Positions 38,132 to 47,319 are shown, numbered from the stretch's first letter. The stretch: 64,000 nucleotides of DNA from an uncultured Chloroflexia bacterium (GCA_963813535.1 CAWEZH010000002.1:1184001-1248000), one strand, 5' to 3'. Notes: generated by a model not told the origin, from the sequence alone. Translations and numbers: made by a program.

Positions 38132-39743
38132 CTAGGTCACCATCCAGGCGAGGAGCGGTGTCGACTGCAGCCAGACGAGCACCCCCATCAGGAGCGTCAA
38201 CCCGATGCTCCAGCGCAGCAGCCGCCGGAAGACATCGCCCTCCTTCCCTGACATCCCGACCGCCGCAGCAGCGATAGCCAGATGTTGAAGAGAGCACATC
38301 TTCCCGAGAACTCCACCCGAGCTGTTGGCGGCTGCCATCAGCGTGGGTGACAGGTGGGCCTCCGTCGCGGCCTCGACCTGAAGCGCGCCGAATAACGCAT
38401 TGGACGCAGTGTCCGAACCCGTCACCGTGACGCCGAGCCAGCCGATGATCGGCGAGATGAACGCGAAGGCGCCACCCGTAGTCGCGAGGAACGAACCTAG
38501 CGCCAGAGTCTGGCCCGATGCGGTCATCACGGTGGCAAGCGCGAGCACCGCAGATATCGTGACGATAGTCCACCGCATCCCCCGCACCGTGTCCGCGTAC
38601 GCCGTCAGCGCCGTGCGTGGCGCGATCCGGAGGACTGCGACTGTCGCGAGGCCGGCGAACAGCAGCATCGTGCCCCCGGCAGAGAGCCAGTCAAATGTGA
38701 ACGTCGACGATCCCGTCGGATCGCTGCCGGCATCGATCGCGGCGAGGCCGGGCCATGGGATCCGTTGGGTAGGAGCGCCGAGGAATCCCTTCACGAGGGT
38801 CCAATTGGGCGAGCGCAAAGACGGCAACGATGATGGCGTACGGCGCGTACGCCATCGCGATCTCGGCCGGTCCGTGCTGGCCGTCCTCGTGGCGCTGGGG
38901 GGGAGGATGGGAGTCCCGGCGAGCACTGTTCGTGGGCTGCCAGACCCGGAGCAGGACCATGACAGCCGTTAGGGAGATCAATGACGCGGCGATGTCCGTC
39001 AGCGCCCATGGTCCGAAGTTCGACCAGAGGAACTGTCCGATCGCGAACGATGCCCCCACGACCAATGCCAGGGGCCAGACCTCACGAACGCCGCGACGGC
39101 CATCGATCACGAAGACGAGGATCAGCGGCAGGAACAGCGCGAGGACGGGCGTCTGGCGCCCGATGATCGCCGCAAGCTGATCCGGCGGCAGGCCCGTGAC
39201 GCCGGCCAGCGTGACGACGGGAGTGCCGATGGCGCCGAATGGCACTGGAGCCGTGTTCGCCAGTAGCGCGACGGCTGCTGCCTTGATCGGCTCGAAGCCG
39301 ATGGCGATCAGCAACGCGGAACAGATCGCGACAGGGGCTCCGAAGCCAGTGAGTGCCTCCAGCATCGCCCCGAACGAGAAGGCGATGACGACGCCTTGGA
39401 CGCGGCGGTCGTCGCTAATGGACGCGAACGACCGCCGGACCACGTCGAAGTGACCCGTGACCTCGGTCATCCGAAAGATCCACAACGCGTTCACCAGGAT
39501 CCATACGATCGGGAATATGCCGAACGCTGCCCCGCGCGTCGCGGCGGCCAGCACGCGCGGCGGCGGCGTCTGCCAGACCGCCACCGCGAGGAGCGCTGCC
39601 ACCGCCAAGGCGATTGTGCTCGCCCAGTGGCCTTTGGTGCGGAATCCGCCAAGCAGCACGAATAGCACGACAAGCGGCGCTGCCGCCAAGACCGCCGTTA
39701 ACCAGAGCGACCCTCCGACGGGGTCATCGACTTGCCCGTACGT
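38132..39743 (-). pseudogene. lctP: L-lactate permease (LctP) with ACG in place of the start codon and a frameshift at ~38803
   Basis: LEALTGFGAPVAI, ANTAPVPFGAIG, GSDTASNALF and NSSGGVLGKM; split across two frames. Confidence 0.8.
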
Positions 39744-39896
39744 CCGACCTACCTCGCGGCGCGCGAGACCGGCGACCTGCTCGGCGATCTCCGGTGTCTA
39801 GGGTGCCACTGTACCGAGCCCTTCGAAGGCGTCGTCGGCGTGCAGGCGGACCACGGGACCACAACCCGGGATAGAGCGCCCCTGTCCCGTACACGT

Positions 39897-39919
39897 ACCA
39901 GTGACCCCGACGGGCGCGA
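39897..39919 (+). promoter_or_regulatory. island motif copy 2
   Basis: ACCAGTG-ACCCCG-ACGGGCGCGA upstream of the 40018 hydrolase. Confidence 0.6.
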
Positions 39920-40017
39920 CCCACAGAAGACCCAATCCACCGTGAGGATCGTGATCCCCCGGTGCCGCGACGCCTAGTCCGGGATGGCGGGGCATCGGCA
40001 CGGAAAGGAGAACCACC

Positions 40018-40848
40018 GTGGACTTCGACAAGGAACTCGGCGACCTTGGCGTGAAGGCGCCCCGCGTGTTCCGGTATGGCGCCCTCATCGCGGCCGCCCT
40101 GCTGCTCTCGATCTCAGTCTTCTCCACCACTGCCCGAGCGGCCGCGTCGGGTCCGACCATCGTGTTCGTGCACGGTGCCTTCGCATCGCCTGCGGGTTGG
40201 AGCCGGGTGGTCGACGCGCTGCACAAAGACGGCTACCAGACGGCGACCCCCACACTAGGTCTCGAATCCGTGGCGCGCGACGTGGCGATCGTGCGGTCGA
40301 CGCTGGATTCGATCCCAGGAGACAAGATCCTGGTGGGACATTCCTACGGCGGGTTCGTGATCACCAACGCCGCCGCTGGGCGCGGCGACGTCCGCGGACT
40401 GGTCTACACCGCGGCCTATGCCCCTGATGTCAATGAGACGATCACGACCCTGGGCGAGGGCTACACGCCCGGGACGTTCCTGGACCATCTGGTGCCCGCC
40501 CCCCCGTCGTTCCCATGGTTCATCGTCGATCCACGATTCTTCCCCCAGGACTTCGCCCAGGACTTGAACCCGAAGCTGGCCGCCGCGATCGCAGCCCAGC
40601 AACTCCCGACGAGCCTGGGCCTCTTCGTCACTCCATCCGGACCGCCCGCCTGGGACGGTCTCCCATCGTGGTATGCCGTCTCGGGCGAAGACCGCGCCAT
40701 CGACCCCGAGTTGCAGCGGTTCATGGCCCGGCGCGGTGGATCGACGACCGTCCAGTTCGACGAGGCGAGCCACGTGGGCGGCCTCACGCACTACGCGGCA
40801 CGCTTCGTGAAGCTGATCGAACAAGCGATCGACGCGACCACATGGTGA
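40018..40848 (+). CDS. secreted alpha/beta hydrolase (Abhydrolase_6)
   Basis: signal peptide ending ARA, VFVHGAF, GHSYGG and ASHVG; paralog of 31774-32538. Confidence 0.88.
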   Translation: MDFDKELGDLGVKAPRVFRYGALIAAALLLSISVFSTTARAAASGPTIVFVHGAFASPAGWSRVVDALHKDGYQTATPTLGLESVARDVAIVRSTLDSIPGDKILVGHSYGGFVITNAAAGRGDVRGLVYTAAYAPDVNETITTLGEGYTPGTFLDHLVPAPPSFPWFIVDPRFFPQDFAQDLNPKLAAAIAAQQLPTSLGLFVTPSGPPAWDGLPSWYAVSGEDRAIDPELQRFMARRGGSTTVQFDEASHVGGLTHYAARFVKLIEQAIDATTW

Positions 40849-41030
40849 TCTGATAGCTCCGCAGACTTGAACCGGGCTGCGCGGATGGCGTTCTGCCGTC
40901 CGCGCAGCGCCGCAGGTCCGCTTCTGGTCGTGGGGCGCCAGCCGCGACCCGATCGCTGTGCGACGCGGGTTTCGGCCCTCGTCGCCTGCCGGGGAGCGGT
41001 CCTGGCCGCCAGTGGGCGCAAGCCTACGAA

Positions 41031-41058
41031 CGCCGCCAAGCCCAATGACTTGGCGGCG
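41031..41058. terminator. hairpin between convergent genes
   Basis: CGCCGCCAAG-N8-CTTGGCGGCG perfect 10-bp stem. Confidence 0.55.
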
Positions 41059-41104
41059 GCTCGGCGGTCGCTGATGCCGGCCCGTGCCGGCTCGAATTGC
41101 TGGG

Positions 41105-41539
41105 TCAGGCTGGTCGCACGGCTGCGGCCTTGTGCCCGGCATAGACGCGGGCGTCGATCGCGTCGAGGATCGCGACACGCGCACTCTCGACGGCATAGGC
41201 AGCGAAGTCGATCGCCGCCTCGGCGTCGCTCTCGGCCCACGCGGCGTCCCTGTCGGCGATATCGGCGTCGACCTGGTCGCCACGGTGGTCGATGTCGCGC
41301 TTCCCCTTGGCGACCCGGGCCGCGAATTCGGCCTTGACCCTCTGCCACTGGTCCTGGGCCTGATCGCCGACCTGGTCGGCCTGCGCCTGGGCTGCCCTGG
41401 CCTCCTTGTTCAGCATGGCCTGTGTCTCGCCGATCCGTTCCTGGATCTGGTCATGCGTCTCGCTCGCGGCTGCCTTCACGGAGGCCTGTACGTCGGTCAC
41501 CTTGACGCGAAGATCGTCGAGTTCCTTGTCGAAGTCCAC
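41105..41539 (-). CDS. hypothetical coiled-coil protein
   Basis: 144 aa, Ala/Gln/Asp-rich helical sequence with AEAAIDFA.YAVE.A..AILDA; strong SD. Confidence 0.8.
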   Translation of the reverse strand: MDFDKELDDLRVKVTDVQASVKAAASETHDQIQERIGETQAMLNKEARAAQAQADQVGDQAQDQWQRVKAEFAARVAKGKRDIDHRGDQVDADIADRDAAWAESDAEAAIDFAAYAVESARVAILDAIDARVYAGHKAAAVRPA

Positions 41540-41637
41540 GGTGGTTCTCCTTTCCCTGCCGATGACCCGGGCTCCCCGACCCCGCGTCGCGGCTCCGGCG
41601 GATCACCAGCGCTTACCGTGACCGCGTTTCCGATGGG

Positions 41638-41659
41638 TCGCGCCCGTCAGGTCACTGGT
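41638..41659 (-). promoter_or_regulatory. island motif copy 3
   Basis: ACCAGTG-ACCTG-ACGGGCGCGA. Confidence 0.6.
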
Positions 41660-41754
41660 TGTGCGCGGGACACGGGTCCCGACGCCGGACATTCCAGCTT
41701 GGGACCCGAGTAGGCTGTCCGCGACGACGGACCTGGGAGGAAACAGCGAACGTC

Positions 41755-44502
41755 GTGGCAAGGACCCGAAACGCGGCGAGCGCGCTCATCGACCGGCATG
41801 CCGAGCGAGCGCATCTCGACTCCCTCATAGCCGAAGCCCGAACCGGGACGAGCGGTAGCGTCGTCATGCGCGGTGGGGCCGGCGTCGGGAAGAGTGCGCT
41901 CCTCGAGTCTGTCCCCAAACAGGCGGCCGGCTGTCGCCTGGTGTGGGCGGCAGGCATCGAGTCCGAGATGGAGTTGCCCTTCGCAGGCCTGCACCAGCTC
42001 TGTGCGCCGCTCCTCGACGAGCTCCCGCGACTGCCGGGTCCGCAAGCCGATGCGCTGGCAACCGCGTTCGGGCTGCGGAGTGGCCCGCCGCCGGATCAGT
42101 TCCTGGTCGGGCTGGCCGTGTTGACGCTGCTCGCCGACAGCGCCGAGCGGAAGCCCCTGATCTGCGTCGTCGATGACGCGCAGTGGCTCGACCGGGTCTC
42201 CGCGTTGGTCCTGGGTTTCGTCGCGCGCCGCCTCGCCGCCGAGTCCGTCGTCATGATCTTCGCGATTCGCGAGCCGTGGGAGTCCCGGGACCTGGCGGGC
42301 CTTCCGGAGGTGACGATCGGGCCACTCGCAGAGCGGCACGCGCGCGAACTCCTCCGCATGGCCATCCTGGGCCGCGTCGATGCGTCCGTTCGGGAACGGA
42401 TCCTGGCCGAGGCGCGGGGCAATCCGCTCGCGTTGTTGGAACTGCCGCGCGCCTGGTCGCCGGCCGCCATCGCCGGCGGTTTCGGCCTGCCCGACAGCGT
42501 GTCCGTCTCCGAGCGGATCGAGGAGAGTTTCCGCCGGCGTCTCGCGCCGCTCCCGGACGACAGTCGGCACCTCCTGTTGGTCGCGGCGGCGGAACCGGTC
42601 GGTGACCCAGCCCTCGTCCTCGCGGCCGCCGACAACCTCGGGATCCCGGCCGACGCAGCAGGGCCTGCGATCGCCACCGGTCTGCTGGACATCGGAAGCG
42701 AGGTGCGGTTCCGTCACCCGCTTGTTCGCACTGTGGTCTATCGGGAGGCCTCGGACGACGACCGGCGACGGGTCCATGCCGCCCTAGCGAGCGCGACCGA
42801 CCCGGCACGCGAACCGGATCGCAGGGTGTGGCACCTCGCCGCGGCCACCGTCGGACCGGACGAGGAGGTCGCGATCGAGCTGGAAGAATCAGCCGATCGG
42901 GCGCAGGCGCGTGGCGGGATCGCAGCCGGCGCAGCCTTCCTCGATCGTTCCGTCGAGTTGACGGGCGATCCCGCGCGCAGGGCGGAGCGCGCGCTTGCCG
43001 CTGCGCAGGCGAGCCTCCAGGCCGGAGCGAGCGAGATGGCGCTCCGTAGGCTGGCCACCGCCGAGGCGGCCGCAACCAACGAATTCCAGCGTGCCCGGGT
43101 GGCCCTGCTGCGCGGCTATGCGACCACAGCTGCATTCGGGAGCGACGGACCTGCCCTCCTGCTCGATGCCGCCAAGCGGCTCGAGCCGTTCAGCCTCGAG
43201 CTCGCGCGCGAGACCTACCTCATCGCGTGGGGAGGGGCCGTCGTCGCCGGCGACGAAGATGTCGGTCTCGATATCTGCCGGGCGGTTCAGGCGCTGTCGC
43301 CGTCGCAGCCCCGGGGTGCCCTCGATTTGGTGGTCGATGCCGTCACGCGGTTGACGATGGACGGACCCGCTGTCGCGATCCCTGCGTTGCAGCGTGCGGC
43401 TCGGGCGACGGTCGAGCTCCCAGTGGAGGAGGTGCTTCGTTGGGGGTGGGCGGCGGTGGCGGCCAGCCATGCCGTGTGGGATGACGACCTCCAACGCGAG
43501 ACGCTCGAGCGGCAGATACGCCTCCTTCGCGACGTTGGCGCGCTCGGACAGCTGGTGATCCCGCTGTCCGCGTTGGGCGTGGCCACGGCCTCGACGGGCG
43601 ACTTCGCCGGTGCCGCCGTCCTCTTCGCGGAGGCTCAGAGCGTTGCCGCGGCGATCGGAAGCCCGATCGCGCCCTATACCAGGCTCAGGATCGCGGCCCT
43701 CCGCGGACGCGAACCGGAGGTTTCACCGATGATCTCGAGCGCGCTCGAGCAGGCAGCGGCCACGAGTCAAGGGCTCGCCTCGAGGCAGGCCCACGGTGCA
43801 GCCGCAATCCTCTCCAACGGTTTGGGCCGATACGAGGAAGCAATGACAGCCGCCCGGGAGGCCGCCGGCAACCGGATGGACCACCCGTCGGCGATGCTCG
43901 GACTGCCGGAGCTTGTCGAGGGTGCCGCGCGATCCGGCGACGTCGAGGTCGGACGTGACGCCCTCGATCGGCTGTCGGCGATGACCCATGGCTGCGGGAC
44001 GGACTACCCGCTCGGCATCGAGGCGCGCTCACGGGCGCTGCTAAGCAACGACGCCGACGCCGAGATGCTCTACCGCGAGGCGATCGAACGGCTCGGCCGC
44101 ACTCGGCTGCGCCCCGATCTCGCGCGCGCCCATCTCGTCTACGGGGAGTGGCTGCGGCGCGAAAGCCGCCGGGTCGATGCGCGCGAGCAACTCAGGACAG
44201 CCCACGACCTGTTCCAGAAGATCGGCATGGAGGCATTCGGGGAGCGCGCCCGCCGGGAATTGCTGGCGACCGGGGAGCGGGTCCGCAAGCGGAGCGTCGA
44301 GACGCAGGATCAGCTCACGCCGCAGGAGTTGCAGATCGCCCGCCTCGCGGCCGACGGGAAGACGAACCCCGAGATCGGCGCCCAGCTGTTCCTGAGCCGG
44401 CGGACGGTCGAGTGGCATCTCCACAAGGCCTTTACGAAGCTCGACATCGACTCCCGACGCGCCCTCCCGGCCGCGCTCGAGGGGGTAGCGCCGACGCCCT
44501 GA
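41755..44502 (+). CDS. second LAL/STAND-LuxR transcriptional regulator
   Basis: GGAGVGKS, VDDAQWLD, GNPLALLE and LuxR HTH (SRRTVEWHLHKAFTKL); paralog of 35365-38124. Confidence 0.93.
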   Translation: MARTRNAASALIDRHAERAHLDSLIAEARTGTSGSVVMRGGAGVGKSALLESVPKQAAGCRLVWAAGIESEMELPFAGLHQLCAPLLDELPRLPGPQADALATAFGLRSGPPPDQFLVGLAVLTLLADSAERKPLICVVDDAQWLDRVSALVLGFVARRLAAESVVMIFAIREPWESRDLAGLPEVTIGPLAERHARELLRMAILGRVDASVRERILAEARGNPLALLELPRAWSPAAIAGGFGLPDSVSVSERIEESFRRRLAPLPDDSRHLLLVAAAEPVGDPALVLAAADNLGIPADAAGPAIATGLLDIGSEVRFRHPLVRTVVYREASDDDRRRVHAALASATDPAREPDRRVWHLAAATVGPDEEVAIELEESADRAQARGGIAAGAAFLDRSVELTGDPARRAERALAAAQASLQAGASEMALRRLATAEAAATNEFQRARVALLRGYATTAAFGSDGPALLLDAAKRLEPFSLELARETYLIAWGGAVVAGDEDVGLDICRAVQALSPSQPRGALDLVVDAVTRLTMDGPAVAIPALQRAARATVELPVEEVLRWGWAAVAASHAVWDDDLQRETLERQIRLLRDVGALGQLVIPLSALGVATASTGDFAGAAVLFAEAQSVAAAIGSPIAPYTRLRIAALRGREPEVSPMISSALEQAAATSQGLASRQAHGAAAILSNGLGRYEEAMTAAREAAGNRMDHPSAMLGLPELVEGAARSGDVEVGRDALDRLSAMTHGCGTDYPLGIEARSRALLSNDADAEMLYREAIERLGRTRLRPDLARAHLVYGEWLRRESRRVDAREQLRTAHDLFQKIGMEAFGERARRELLATGERVRKRSVETQDQLTPQELQIARLAADGKTNPEIGAQLFLSRRTVEWHLHKAFTKLDIDSRRALPAALEGVAPTP

Positions 44503-44533
44503 CTCACGTCCAAGGCCAGATGTCACGGCACGG

Positions 44534-44555
44534 ACCAGTGAGTCCACGGGCGCGA
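44534..44555 (+). promoter_or_regulatory. island motif copy 4
   Basis: ACCAGTG-AGTCC-ACGGGCGCGA upstream of the VOC gene. Confidence 0.6.
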
Positions 44556-44631
44556 ATCCGTCCGCCTCGGTGCCAGCGTGTTCCAATCGCGCGGCGCGAT
44601 GGTGCCGCGCTCGCGGACAGGAGCGGTGCTC

Positions 44632-45057
44632 GTGGACATGAAGCTGGCGGTCTTGGTGCTTCCAGTCTCGGACGTCGAACGCGCCAAGCGGTTCTACCGT
44701 CTCGTCGGATTCCGCGAAGACATCGACCACGCCTCGGGCGAAGACTTCCGCGTGGTCCAGTTCACGCCGCCAGGATCGGAAGCCTCCATCATCTTCGGCA
44801 CGGGGATCACCACCGCGGCGCCAGGCTCGGCGCGAGGACTCCACCTGGTCGTGACCGACGTTGAGGCGGCTCAGACCGAACTCTTGGCGCGCGGCGTCGA
44901 CGTCAGCCACATCTTCCACGACCTGGGCGGTGTGTTCTACCACGCGTCGCCCGCGTTCGAGGTTCCCGGCCCGGATCCGGCGCGGCGCGACCGTGGCTCT
45001 TTCGCCCGCTTCAGCGATCCGGACGGAAACGCGTGGGTGCTCCAGGAGGGCACGTAG
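44632..45057 (+). CDS. VOC/glyoxalase family protein
   Basis: LPVSDVERAKRFY, VVQFTPPGSEASI and FSDPDGNAWVLQE. Confidence 0.9.
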   Translation: MDMKLAVLVLPVSDVERAKRFYRLVGFREDIDHASGEDFRVVQFTPPGSEASIIFGTGITTAAPGSARGLHLVVTDVEAAQTELLARGVDVSHIFHDLGGVFYHASPAFEVPGPDPARRDRGSFARFSDPDGNAWVLQEGT

Positions 45058-45090
45058 CCCCCGGCATCACCGCGCCCCGACCCGCCATCG

Positions 45091-45124
45091 ACCAGTGACG
45101 GAGCAGGGGTCTTCGCGGATGCGA
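45091..45124 (+). promoter_or_regulatory. island motif copy 5 (degenerate)
   Basis: ACCAGTG followed by GCAGGGG-TCTTC-GCGGATGCGA upstream of hdeD. Confidence 0.4.
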
Positions 45125-45224
45125 ACCGGTGGCGACGTCATCCAACCTGCAGGACGCGGACAAGAATGCACGGCGATCGGTGTCAGTGCATCGCCCGCGC
45201 AGGAACCGATTGGAGGTTGGGACC

Positions 45225-45797
45225 ATGCTTGCCTCGCTCGCCGGTCAAAGCTGGGGAATGTTCGTCGTCCGCGGGTTGCTCGCGCTGACCCTCGGCGCGC
45301 TTGCGTTCGTCGCCCCTGGGCCGACGCTCGCCGCCTTGATCCTCGTCTTCGCGGCCTACGCGATCGTTGACGGCCTGATCGCCATCGGGCTCGGATTTGC
45401 GGTGCCACGTGGGCCGAGCTGGTGGCTCGTGGTTGGCGGCGTTATCGCTGTCGCGATCGGCATCTACACGGCATTCAACCCGGAAATCACAGCCACCGCG
45501 CTAGTCATCCTGATCGGGGCGTTCGCGATCGTTCGCGGCGTCGCCGAAGTCGCGTCGGCGGTTGTCCTGCGGAACGTCATCGACAACTCATTGCTCTACG
45601 TGTTGAGTGGCGTCGTCGGGATCGCCTTCGGCGCGTACCTCGTGGTGTCGCCCGGCGACGGCGCGCTGGCCGTCCTCTTCGTCATCGGGTTCTATGCGCT
45701 CTTCGCCGGCGTCATGTACCTCGCGATCGGAATGCGCCTGCGAAGTTTCGCCAAGACGACGCAGACCGAAGCGACCGGAGCGCAGACAGCTTCCTGA
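45225..45797 (+). CDS. HdeD/DUF308 family membrane protein
   Basis: WGMFVVRGLLA...G.LAF..PG.T and repeated TM hairpins; GGAGG SD. Confidence 0.88.
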   Translation: MLASLAGQSWGMFVVRGLLALTLGALAFVAPGPTLAALILVFAAYAIVDGLIAIGLGFAVPRGPSWWLVVGGVIAVAIGIYTAFNPEITATALVILIGAFAIVRGVAEVASAVVLRNVIDNSLLYVLSGVVGIAFGAYLVVSPGDGALAVLFVIGFYALFAGVMYLAIGMRLRSFAKTTQTEATGAQTAS

Positions 45798-45830
45798 CTG
45801 GCGACAGACGGTTTGGCTCGGGCTAGTCGT

Positions 45831-46238
45831 ATGGATCCGGACGCGGCGGTGCCCGTTCAGTTCTATCAGTCCACGATTGCGATCGAACTGGCGGTCACCG
45901 GCGCGCTCTTGTTCCAGATCCGCTACTTCGAGCCGCGGGAGTCGGACACCGAGAGGGAGCTTCCCGATCCTCGGCTCCGGCTGCTGGTAGCGGTGATCCT
46001 CGGGGCGACCGTGTTCGGCTCGCTAGATGCGATCGTGCACCGCGCGGGGCTGGAGGTGGCGATCGCCGTCGCAATCGGCGTTGCGTTGTCGGTCCTGCCG
46101 ATTCTCACACGCGTGCTACCGCCGCTTGTCGGCGAGGCACATCCTGACGGCCGACGATCGGTTTCCACCGTCACGGCCATCGGCTTAGTGTTGTACGTGG
46201 TCGCGGTCGGTGGCCTGGTGGTCGTCCTGAATCGCTAA
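45831..46238 (+). CDS. hypothetical four-TM membrane protein
   Basis: hydrophobic ORF at the right end of the island. Confidence 0.6.
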   Translation: MDPDAAVPVQFYQSTIAIELAVTGALLFQIRYFEPRESDTERELPDPRLRLLVAVILGATVFGSLDAIVHRAGLEVAIAVAIGVALSVLPILTRVLPPLVGEAHPDGRRSVSTVTAIGLVLYVVAVGGLVVVLNR

Positions 46239-46501
46239 CCGGCCTTCAATCGCCGACACGCCCGGCAGGAGGCTAGAGCCCCGCTGCGAACGATTCGAGG
46301 GCGACATCGAACTGTAGTCGCGAGCAGGACCAGTCCAGCTTGACTGCCAGCTCTACGGTCAGCTCGCGTCAATCAGGTGATCACGGAGCGTGCACCTGAT
46401 ATCCGCAGCGGCGAGTCACCTGATTCGTCGAAAACCATCGTCTTGACGGTTCGCGTTCACGCACGAAACTCGTCCAACGAGCACGAAAAGCGGTCACCTT
46501 C

Positions 46502-46546
46502 CTCTGGATCAGGAGATCGAAGGTTCAAATCCTTCCTCGCCAGCCA
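46502..46546 (+). repeat. att site: duplicated 3' half of tRNA-Gln
   Basis: CTCTGGATCAGGAGATCGAAGGTTCAAATCCTTCCTCGCCAGCCA, 44/45 identical to 30753-30797. Confidence 0.92.
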
Positions 46547-46620
46547 TTACCCCACGAGGCTCCGCAACGTCGCACTCGCCCAGTCGTGGACCGATTCGGC
46601 GACCATGGGAGGGGAAGGGT

Positions 46621-47115
46621 ATGGCGGGTCGGATGAAGGCTGCGCTTGGCAGTCTCGCCTTCCTGGTCCTCGCCCCCGGCGTGGTCGGCGGCCTGATGCC
46701 CTGGCTGATCACCCACTGGCGCCCGCTGCCGCCGGGCGACCTCCCTGGCGCCCTCCGCTGGACTGGTCTCATCCTGATCGCGGCGGGCCTCGCCGTCGTC
46801 CTTGAAGCCTTCGCCCGCTTCGCATGGGTGGGGCTTGGCACTCCGGCCCCGGTCGCGCCCACCCGCACCCTGGTGGTCAGCGGCTTCTACCGATTCGTCC
46901 GCAACCCGATGTACGTCGCGGTCACCGCCCTGATCTTCGGCCAGGCCGTCCTCTTCGGCAGCTGGAGCGTCGCCCTCTACGGGGTGGTGATCGCCGCCGC
47001 GTTCTACACCTTCGTGCGTCTCTACGAGGAGCCGACCCTGCGCCGGGCCTACGGCGAGGAATACGCCGCCTACTGCGCCGCCACACCCCGCTGGATCCCC
47101 CGCCTCAGGCGCTAG
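46621..47115 (+). CDS. isoprenylcysteine carboxyl methyltransferase (PEMT/ICMT) family protein
   Basis: GLGTPAP, LVVSGFYRFVRNPMY and EEPTLRRAYGEEY..Y...PRWIP. Confidence 0.9.
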   Translation: MAGRMKAALGSLAFLVLAPGVVGGLMPWLITHWRPLPPGDLPGALRWTGLILIAAGLAVVLEAFARFAWVGLGTPAPVAPTRTLVVSGFYRFVRNPMYVAVTALIFGQAVLFGSWSVALYGVVIAAAFYTFVRLYEEPTLRRAYGEEYAAYCAATPRWIPRLRR

Positions 47116-47319
47116 GCCGCTCTCACCAGGGTTCCTCGGCGTCGTACACTGGCGACGGCGCGTTCCCGCGCCCGACTGCCAGACCGAGCCCCCACGCGGC
47201 GCGGCGAAGCGGCGGTAAAGGGGATCCGAATCCTCGGGACGAACCGGTCGACCATCCGACCGGCCGACGACGTGGCGGTGTGGGCGTGTGCGTCGACGGC
47301 CGTGACGGAGAACAGACCG

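Larger units (their letters stand above)
39897..41659. repeat. ~160-bp imperfect inverted repeat (39897-40059 and 41659-41498) covering promoter, SD and the first ~13 codons
   Basis: 38 identical nt GGAAAGGAGAACCACCGTGGACTTCGACAAGGAACTCG at 40002-40039 (+) and 41555-41518 (-). Confidence 0.85.
30753..46546. mobile_element. genomic island integrated in tRNA-Gln, no integrase visible
   Basis: 45-bp direct repeat of the tRNA 3' end (30753-30797 and 46502-46546, 1 mismatch) flanks accessory genes. Confidence 0.85.

Noticed and set aside
39760-39830. Cobalamin or glycine riboswitch upstream of lctP (GCCACTG, GGAGA..CGCCGA fragments)
   Set aside because: Conserved elements are incomplete and in the wrong order or on the wrong strand; no consensus fold
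35365-44502. STAND NTPases as Avs-type antiphage defence proteins
   Set aside because: Both end in a LuxR HTH with no nuclease, TIR, SIR2 or protease effector; the architecture is that of transcriptional activators
46240-46500. Integrase remnant at the island end
   Set aside because: No recognisable R-H-x-x-R/Y or serine-recombinase motifs in the translations I could inspect; a tblastn search is needed to exclude it fully
46502-46546. Second tRNA-Gln gene
   Set aside because: Lacks the 5' acceptor strand and D-arm; it is the att duplication
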